Assembly: GCF_963506605.1 (NCBI RefSeq)
Contig: NC_083276.1
Coordinates: 62,001 to 126,000 of the forward strand
Direction: 5' to 3'
Source of the DNA: Zootoca vivipara
Taxonomy: Eukaryota
DNA: 64,000 nucleotides
Part shown: positions 55,465 through 64,000 of the stretch, piece after piece
Layout: every line of letters begins with the position of its first letter
Numbering within the stretch: position 1 is the stretch's first letter
Position numbers and translations under genes: made by a program
Notes under the pieces: generated by a model
Database searches by the model: none
Seen by the model: only the letters and a program-made list of their open reading frames with translations
Told to the model about the DNA's origin: nothing

Positions 55465-56550
55465 GCTTATTCAGCTATGTTCGATGGAAGAGGAAGAACA
55501 AGCAAGTGGTAGGTCACCTGCATGGAGAAGACAGAGAAATGCTCTTGGGTGACAGAGAGAAGGCGGAACTGCTCAACATCTACTTTTTCTCTGTCTTCAC
55601 GCGAAAGGAAAGCAATGACCAACCTAGTGACAAAAGAAATGATGCAAAAAAGGAGTAGCAGCCCATGAAAGGAAAGGAGGTAGTAAGGGGACATCTAGTT
55701 ATGGTACTTTAAATGAATTCAGATTCCAGGGCCTGATGAGCTGCATCCAAGGGTACTAAAGGAGCTTGCGGGTGTAATCTCAGCCTTGGTGATCTTTGAG
55801 AATTCTTGGTGAACAGGTGAGGAGGTGGTCAAATGTCCCCATTTTCAAAAAGGGAGAAAAAGAAGACCCAGGTAACTACTGACTAGTGAGCATAACATCA
55901 ATACCAGGACAGGTCCTAGAACAGATAATTCAACAGTCAATCTATGAGCACTTAGAAAAGGATGCTGTGATTACTAAGACCCAGCATGGGTTTCTCAAAA
56001 ATATGTCATGTCAGACCAATCTAATTTCTTTTTTTGATGGAGTTACAGGCTTTTCTGGATCAGGGGAATGCTGTGGACATAGTGTATCTTGATTTCAGTA
56101 AAGCTTTTGATGAAGTCCCTCATGATGTTCTTGAGAGGAAGCTGGTAAAATGTGGGCTAGATGAGATAACTGTTAAGTGGATTTATAGCTGGTCTACTTA
56201 CTGAACCTAAAGAGTACTCATTAATGGTTCCCCATCATGCTGGGGGGAAAGTGAGAAGTGGGGCGCTGCAGGATTCTGTCCTGGGCCCATAGTCTTTATA
56301 AATGACTTGGATGAAGGAATTGAGGGGATGCTCACCCAATGACACCATACCAGGAGGGATAGCTAATGCTACAGAAGACAGAATTGGGATTCAAGATGAC
56401 TTTAACAGATTGGAGAAAACTGGGCCAAAACAAACAAAATGCATTTCAATAGGGACAAAGGTAAGCTTCTACACTTAGGCAGGAAGAACCAGATGCACAA
56501 ATATAAGATGAGGAACACCTAGTTGCCTACATGTGAAAATGATCTAGGGC
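55050..56550 (+). mobile_element. Decayed CR1 LINE ORF2 fragment with internal (AAT)n
   Basis: Broken frames give [43 protein letters not shown] and LDFSKAFD; (AAT)n at 55419-55463. Confidence 0.85.
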
Positions 56551-58248
56551 GTCACAGAGCAAACCGGCAACACTCTTCAATGTTGGAGTTAATTCTTTAT
56601 TGCAAATACACAACCCTTCACAGATTTTGCTGAGTGTCAGATCTAATGAGCAGCTCATCCCCGGTAGGTCTTACCTCATCAATCAATTGCAGAGTCACAG
56701 CTTTCCCACAGCCATCGAAGTCTCATCCTCTCCAGGGCTTCCCCCAAGCAATCTGAGACTGTGTGCATGGAACCTGCTGCTCCTCCTCACGTTTCAACCC
56801 TCTTTTGGTTCTGGGAGATGGGAGGGGAGCTTGTTGCAGCAGGAGGGGGAGACTCTCCACCTGTGTAGATCATTGGGTGATCATTATGTGGTCCATGGCA
56901 GTGTGATCCATCCATGCCCCCCCCAATTGCTCTGATTGACCAAAGCCAAGGGATTGAGTCCATGAGTGGACTAGAAGTGCCCATCATAATGAAGCTTGAA
57001 CCCCCAAGATCCCAGACTGCTGCCAAAGCACTTGGTCTACACCACTCGACTGCCCATGCCTGGCACTTGTGACTGAAATTATTAGAGGCACTTTGCCCAG
57101 TGAGTCCCAGGCAGCAAATGGCACATGGTTGCAGTTTCTGGGCAAAGGCTCTGTGTCCAACAGCCCCTCATGATGAAGTGTAGGCCTGGTTACGGAGAAG
57201 GAGCCATTTCACGTGTCGTAAAGTGTCAGTGTGACGCTTCTTGGTCTGCGCGTTAATCATGGCCCCACTGCTCAGATTTATGCACACCATAAGTGCCTCC
57301 CTTTATTCCATAATAAATCTTGCAACTTCTGCTCCTGCTTTGGCCATAATAAAGAGAGGTTTTAATGGCAATTGTGAGTTCCAGAAATGAAACTCTCAGC
57401 ATGCCATTATCCTCAGTCTTGATTACCTCAAAACACCTTGAACATCTCAGCACTGATAAATTGGGCACCTTGATTCCCCTAATTCAATGATAATAGAACC
57501 ATTTTTTAAAAATGCAGCTCCTGAATTTTGAAACATTCTTTGTTCTAACAATTCGTTCTCATGAATTATTTTGCTTCATTAATTTCATACATAAATTACA
57601 TTTGAATCATTCTGTTGCTGAGCAAAACACTTGGAGATTAAATGTATTGTGCACACGAGATGCTGATGCTGTACATGGACACATTCATCAACCCTCCCAT
57701 TTTCTCCTATCTGGTCATGCATCACATATTGATCACATTCTTGTTTCAGCCACTCAAATGACTTCAGGGCTGTGCCTTGGAAGCCCACAGGGGTGGGGCA
57801 GGGGATGAAGACAGGACAGGGTGACCCCATCACAACATGAGCCTGTGAGGTGGCCCATGACCAATACTCGAGCCACTCCATCACTCCAGTCCTCAGCAAT
57901 GTTATTGGTATAAGGCAGGTGAATTGTGGCTGGTGAAGAGCACTTGGCAGACCTCTCAGTGTGGCAGGTGAGAAGGCCAGCTGGATTCCTGAGCTGGTGA
58001 GCCTTCCAACTTAGTGTCACTGATGGACTCTGGGATTGTGGCACTCCAGATGCAATTCATCAGGCCCAGAGAAAGATTGGGATTCATTCCGAATGCCTAG
58101 GAGTTTTCCTTACTGACCACAGGCTGTCCTTGGTTGACCTACCTCTTCCTTGGTTGTCCTCTTCCTCTAAACATAGTCCCAAAGCCCCTTCCTCCCCTCT
58201 AGGTGCCAGCTGGTGGCAGCAGAGCCTACCAGAAAGTGCTCTCAACCG

Positions 58249-58513
58249 TAGGAGATACAGCAAGGGAAAAAGATTTTACATAGGGAAGCGTGTTGTAAAT
58301 AATAGGAAGTAAATCCTTCTTTAATCCTTTCCCCCCCTCTTTTCTTATTCCTTTTTCCCCTTTATTTTTCGAGCATATGTATTTTTGTGTTTATGTATGA
58401 ATGGATTTTTCTACTTATATATTTTCTTTGATTTTTTTATTGAAATTTTGAATTCTGCATTTTTAATTTTTTTTGAATAAAGAATTTTTAAAGTTTTTTT
58501 TTAAAAAAACACA
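58249..58513 (+). mobile_element. Short retroposed insertion, probably an L1 3' UTR
   Basis: T-rich 265 bp with AATAAA and an A-rich end, flanked by a 19-bp near-perfect TSD CAGAA(A/C)GTGCTCTCAACCG at 58230-58248 and 58514-58532. Confidence 0.65.
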
Positions 58514-59303
58514 CAGAACGTGCTCTCAACCGAGATGAGTGCCCCCGCATGAAGGGAGCATACCTCTGGTGTTTTATAAGGATGAAGAATGGGCTACTTT
58601 TGCCCCTCATGACAAGGAGGGCCCTTTTGATTACACCTTGTCAACCACAAGGCTCTCTGAAATGTGTCTGCCAAGGTTGTGGCTAAGCCCTTCCTCCAAG
58701 ATGTAAAGAATTAGCCACACGTTAGTGGACTTATTGAATCCTTTCTGAGTCATTAAACTGTCATCTGCACATCATGTCTTTTGGGTTCACTTGCCAGCAA
58801 CACCGAAGGGAAGGTTCACTCAGGAGTAACCTCCGCTGGTGTGCCGACAGACCCCTTCAAATGCTCCCTTCCGCCACTGGCTGTGGCATTGTCCAGAACC
58901 ACCATAGCACAGCTTCTGTCCTGTACAAATGTGCGGTGTCCCAGTCCTCCTCCCCTGCTGGCGCTGCTCTGTGGGAATGTCTGGCTGCTCCACATGCCTG
59001 TGTGTTGCCCAAGGTGAATCAGCACCACTTTTGCTGGGAGCAGTCAGCCATTCCATGGGAACTCCAGGCTGGGCCACAAGATCTGATCACCCCCCAAAGA
59101 CCTTGCCTACTTGCACAGGCACTCCTGTCACTGTTCTTGGAGGGGCAGGAAACAAAACTTTTGGTTTGCTTATCAAGACACCCCCCAATCTCTCCCACAA
59201 AGGGAACAAAAGCTCCACATAAAAACATTGGAAGAGCCTGCTGGGGTCCAGCTTCCTTTCCTCAGTGGCCAGCCAGATGCCTCAAAGAGAAGCCAGGAAG
59301 AAG

Positions 59304-59384
59304 AATCATAGAATCATAGAATCATAGAGTTGGAAGAGACCACAAGGGCCATCCAGTCCAACCCCCTGCTGAGCAGGAAACACC
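59304..59384 (-). mobile_element. CR1 3' tail (young family), followed by an older CR1-like fragment to ~59570
   Basis: (AATCATAG)n AGTTGGAAGAGACCACAAGGGCCATCCAGTCCAACCCCCTGC is identical to 31187-31252. Confidence 0.85.
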
Positions 59385-60329
59385 TGCTTGAACACAAGAG
59401 CTCCTTCCTCTCCTGTGGATCCTAGCAGCTGGTGTTTGGAAGCATTGCTGTCTCCCCCATGGCTATTGGCCTTTGATAGCCCTCCTCTCCCCCATGAATT
59501 TGTCTAATCCACTTTTAAAGCCACCCAAGATGGTGGTCATCCCTGCCTCCTGAGGCAGAGAGTTCCATAATTGGCTTTACCCTTTGAACTAGGGTGCCTT
59601 GTAAATCTGGATGGACTGACGGATGGGAGACAATGGGGGCCCAGACTTGCCTGGAAGGAGAAGATGATTCAAGAAGTCAGGACAGAATTCCCTCCTCAGC
59701 CCCAGGAGGTCCTGGTTACAGGAACACTGGAGCAAACACAGCCACGTCTCAGCCCTTGGAGGTGGGGGGGGGGCTTTGCTTCAGGGCTGCAGTTATTAAT
59801 TACTGGCATTTATTATTCTTGTCAGCCTCTTAATGCCCATTAGATTTTTCAATAGAAGCACTGCAATAAAAGTACAGTTCTTTGGATGGTTTATGATGCA
59901 TGTTAATGAGGACACACAAAGGCCTTCTCAGTTATGTACTTTCTGTTCTGGAAGACAGACGTTCCTGGGAAAGGTGGTGGCTGCGGTTGCACAGGGTGTC
60001 TGGCCAAAGCCAAGTTGCCATGTTTTCAATTAAGTAGTCTTGCAAGGAGTGATGCTCCTGAGTGAAAGGACACCAGAGTCAGTTGGTGAGAGTTGGCCAG
60101 GGCCCCTGTTAGGACAGCCACATGTGTATCCCCTTCCCCCTGAAAAAGAAGTGGTAAGAGGACAGGGACCTGCATAAAACTTGCCTATGTTAACTTCAAG
60201 GCATAGTTACAGATTTATAAATATTTATTATGCTTTGTAGAAACTCTGTGGTGCGGAAGGGTATGACTTGGGACTCAGCTACATCAGCAAAAAAATTAAA
60301 ATGTTTTAAATGTGTTATAACAACGTGAT

Positions 60330-61087
60330 TTCCCTGGTCCTGAATGGGGTAACTGTGCCCCTGAAAGACCAGGTGCGCAGCCTGGGAGTCATTTTAGACT
60401 CACAGCTGTCCATGGAGGCACAGGTCAACTCCGTGTCCAGGGCAGCTGTTTATCAGCTCCATCTGGTACGCAGGCTGAGTCCTTACCTGCCCAGTGACTG
60501 TCTCTCCAGAGTGGTGCATGCTCTAGTTATCTCTCGCTTGGACTACTGCAATGCGCTCTACGTGGGGCTACCTTTGAAGGTGACCCGGAAACTACAACTA
60601 ATCCAGAATGCGGCAGCTAGACTGGTGACTGGGAGCGGCCGCCGAGATCACATAACACCGGTCCTAAAAGACCTACATTGGCTCCCAGTACGTTTCCGAG
60701 CACAATTCAAAGTGTTGGTGTTGACCTTTAAAGCCCTAAATGGCCTCGGTCCGGTATACCTGAAGGAGCGTCTACACCCCCATCGTTCTGCCCGTACACT
60801 GAGGTCCAGCTCCGAGGGCCTTCTGGCAGTTCCCTCATTACGAGAAGCCAAGTTACAGGGAACCAGGCAGAGGGCCTTCTCGGTAGTGGCACCCACCCTG
60901 TGGAATGCCCTCCCACTAGAGGTCAAAGAGAACAATTACCAGACCTTTAGAAGGCATCTCAAGGCAGCCCTGTTTAGGGAAGCTTTTAATGTTTGATGGA
61001 TTTCTGTATTTTAGAATTTCTGTTTTTTTGGAAGCCGCCCAGAGTGGCTGGGGGAACCCGGCCAGATGGGCGGGGTATAAATAATAA

Positions 61088-61130
<43 letters not shown>
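60330..61130 (+). mobile_element. Young L2 LINE 3' fragment with intact reading frame
   Basis: Uninterrupted frame to the stop at 60996 (SLGVILDSQLSME, ISRLDYCNALYVGLP, LQLIQNAAARL, HITPVLKDLHWLPV, RAFSVVAPTLWNALP); (TTA)n tail. Confidence 0.93.
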
Positions 61131-61131
<1 letters not shown>

Positions 61132-61199
61132 GAGCTTTACAATGCATTTTCCTGAGACGTTTTTGGAATGTGTCTATAACCAGGCCAGGTGAACTTTGT

Positions 61200-62150
61200 G
61201 AGTGCCTGCTCACTAATGCACAGAGCATGGGAAATAAACAAGATGAACTTGAGCTCTTGGTACAGCAAACTAAATACGACATAATAGGCATCACTGAAAC
61301 CTGGTAGGATGAGTCTCATGACTGGAATGTAGTAATAGAGGGATACAATCTATTTCAGAGAAATAGACCAAACAGGAAAGGAGGAGGAGTAGTGTTATAT
61401 GTCAGGGATGTGTATACTTGTGAAGAGATCCAAGATTTAAAACTTCAAAGCCAATTTGAGAGTATCTGGGTCAAAATTAGGGGAGAGAAAAATAACAGTG
61501 ATCTCATTGTGGGAGTTTACTATAGATCCCCAAGCCAAACTGAGGACACAGCTGATGCCTTCCTGGAACAGATGACCAAGCATTCTAAAGGAAGTGAGAT
61601 AGTAGTAATGGGGGATTTCAACTATCCTGATATTTGTTGAATGTCAAACTCAGCCAAGAGCATAAGGTCGAACAGATTCCTCACTGGCCTTGCAGACAAT
61701 TTCATTGTCCAGAAAGTGGGAGAAGCAACAAGAGGATTAGCCATTTTAGATCTGGTCCTAACCAATAGTGATGACCTGGTTAGTGGGGTAGAAGTGGCAG
61801 GAGCATTAGGTGGGAGTGATCATGCTCTTCTGGAGTTTATTATTCAGCGGAAAGGAGCAACCAAGCATACTAAGACTCAAATTCTAGACTTTAAGAAAGC
61901 CGACTTCAGAAAACTTAGGGAAACGCTGGGTGAGATCCCATGGACAGAAATACTAAAAGGGAAGGGAGTTCATGATGGTTGGGAGTTTGTTAAAAGGGAG
62001 ATATTAAAAGCACAACTTCAGGCAATACCAATGAGACGGAAACATGGAAGGTGCCTAAAGAAGCCAGGGTGGCTATCTAAAGAACTTTTGACTGAGTTAA
62101 GATTTAAAAGGGATATGTACAGAAAATGGAAAAAGGGGGAAATCACCAGA
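61200..62150 (+). mobile_element. CR1 LINE ORF2 N-terminal (APE endonuclease) fragment
   Basis: TNAQSMGNKQDELE, IIGITETW*, GGGVVLYV, VGVYYRSP, VMGDFNYPDIC*, ILDLVLTN, GGSDH; two in-frame stops. Confidence 0.9.
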
Positions 62151-62159
62151 GAGCTGCTC

Positions 62160-62440
62160 ATTCATCTGATCCTCTTTTAAAGCCATCCAAGTTGGTGGCA
62201 TCACTGCCTCCTGGGTGAGCAAGTCCCATACTTTAGCTCTCTGCGGGATGAAGAAGGACTTTCATTCGTCTGTCCTGAATCTTCCAGCCTTTGGCTTCAT
62301 TAGATGTCCACAGGTTTGAGTGTTAGGAGAGAGGGAAGAGAACTTTTCTTCGTCCATTTTCTCCATGCCAGCCACCATTTTATGAACTTCTGTCATGTCG
62401 CCTCTTCCTTGCCTTTTCTTTAAAATTAAAAAAATGACTC
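62160..62440 (-). mobile_element. Old CR1-like 3' fragment
   Basis: TTTTAAAGCCATCCAAGTTGGTGGCATCACTGCCTCC...TCTGTCCTGAATCTTCCAGCC...CTTCATTAGATGTCC resembles the antisense of a CR1 ORF2 end; similar to 59500-59570. Confidence 0.6.
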
Positions 62441-63371
62441 CAGCACTGCAGCAAAGCAGCCAATTCAGCAGCCCAAGGCAGAGTGGATCAGAGCAGCAGC
62501 CCCATCAAAGGTGCCCTGACAATGTTTCACTTCTTTTGAATGGGATAATTACTTTGTTTGCATGTTAAAGTCTTGTTATTCTAATAGCTTCCTAATGCAA
62601 TTAACAAGTTTATACTGCATTATGCAAAAATATATAGAGGCGGAAAGCAAGTGATGTAAAAGCAGCTTCCGTACCATCATAGTGTCGTGCTTAATCTGGA
62701 ATGATTTGGGAGTAAGCTCCACACTTCCTGTTTTTGGCAGAGAGAAATTGCACCTGAGGCTTTGCTAAGCAGAAGGAGAAAATTTGACCAAAAAAGGTGA
62801 TGGATTTTGAGATGTTGCCAAATAGGCTGGCTGGCTTTTCTTTCTTCCATCATTCACCTCACAAACAGCCTCTATTCATCATCATGCATATATTCCCCAG
62901 ATTTCAACAAAGAGCTTGTTGTCTGTTAACTATCCAGCTGCAGCTGGTGGTTTTTCAGAAATTCAGTGGAAATGACTAGAGTTGGGTCTGCGGTTGTGTG
63001 AACACTTCAGAACTGGCTGACAGCCCAGCACCAGGAGTTAAAGGCTGGGCCCCTCAGAGCTCTCCTGTGCCTTTGGCCACCCAGAGGGACTATTACAATC
63101 AGAAGCACAGTCCTACACAGACAGGAATGGGAAATGGCCACATCATAAGTCAATAGGCACTGTCAGGGAGCCCCACTGGCCAAGAGGGGCTCAGGAGCTC
63201 CCTTTAGGCTCCCATTGGAGCACCAGCTGGACTTGCCCCATGCCGGGTGGGCATGGTTGTGGGGACGGGCCTTGTGGGTCAACCTAGGACCCATGTTGCA
63301 CCTCATGAGACCTGAATGCCAGGCGTTCCCCACCACTGATCTAGCAACACCATGAACCAGGAAAATCTTAA

Positions 63372-63620
63372 TGAACTGTAGAGTTGGAAGGGACCCCGAG
63401 GGTCATCTAGTCCTACCCCCTGCAATGCTGGAATCACAGCTAAAGTTCTTAAAAATCTCCAAGGAACGACGGTTCATAACCTTCCAAGGGAGACCTGTCC
63501 ACTTGGACAGCTCTTGCCATCAGAAAGTTCTTCCTGATGCTGAGTCGGAATCTCCTTTCTTGTAGCTTGAAGTCATTGGTTTGAATCCTGCCCTCCAGAG
63601 CAGAATCCAAGGAAATGTTA
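63372..63620 (-). mobile_element. Decayed CR1 3' end
   Basis: GTAGAGTTGGAAGGGACCCCGAGGGTCATCTAGTCC...; minus frame TNDFKLQERRFRLSIRKNFL. Confidence 0.8.
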
Positions 63621-63684
63621 CTGAAGGTAAACCAAGAGATCATCACTTTGTAGGCTTTGAGGGTTTGGGGGAATGACATTTGAC

Positions 63685-63930
63685 AGTGTGGTGTAGTGGG
63701 CAGTGTGGTGTAGTGGTTAAGAGCAGTAGACTCGTAATCTGGGGAACCGGGTTTGTGTCTCCACTCCTTCACATGTAGCTGCTGGGTGACCTTGGGCTAG
63801 TCACACTTCTCTGAAGTCTCTCAGCCTCACTCACCTCACAGAGTGTTTGTTGTGGGGGAGGAAGGGAAAGGAGATTGTTAGCCATTTTGAGACTCCTTCG
63901 GGTAGTGATAAAGCAGGATTTCAAATCCAA

Positions 63931-63961
<31 letters not shown>

Positions 63962-64000
63962 CTTCTTCTTCTTCTTCTTCTTCTTCTTCTTCTTCTTCTT
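63685..64000 (+). mobile_element. tRNA-derived squamate SINE (Squam3-like) with duplicated head and (CTT)n tail
   Basis: CAGTGTGGTGTAGTGG occurs twice in tandem (63685, 63701); body matches 36849-37026; (CTT)n runs from 63932 to the window end. Confidence 0.85.

Overview
Vertebrate genomic DNA from a squamate, probably a lacertid lizard. That assignment is inferred from the repeat complement: Sauria SINE, BovB, L2 with (TTA)n tails, CR1 with (ATTCTATG)n tails and Penelope. The left 43 kb is a compact GC-rich block of five spliced genes whose exons I assembled by hand with consistent splice phases: CWF19L1 (minus, exons 1-9, remainder beyond the left edge), ERLIN1 (plus, complete, 388 aa), TUBGCP2 (minus, complete, 906 aa), ZNF511 (plus, complete, 256 aa) and CYB561 (plus, complete, 254 aa). 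CWF19L1/ERLIN1 and TUBGCP2/ZNF511 are head-to-head pairs on very short bidirectional CpG promoters. The right 21 kb holds a further CpG island with a probable non-coding first exon of an unidentified gene, plus many retroelements. Main observations: (1) a minimal hammerhead ribozyme in the Penelope terminal repeat; (2) both genes of the TUBGCP2/ZNF511 pair appear to need a GC donor for their first coding intron, one of them next to a 25-bp hairpin; (3) a 37-aa N-terminal extension on ERLIN1; (4) gene order rearranged relative to human (no CHUK between CWF19L1 and ERLIN1; CYB561 joined to human-chr10 genes); (5) a full-length BovB broken only by one extra A in a homopolymer; (6) two solo LTRs and several nested insertions with clean TSDs. 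I found no clearly new biological system. Human comparisons are from memory of the proteins and gene order, not from a search.
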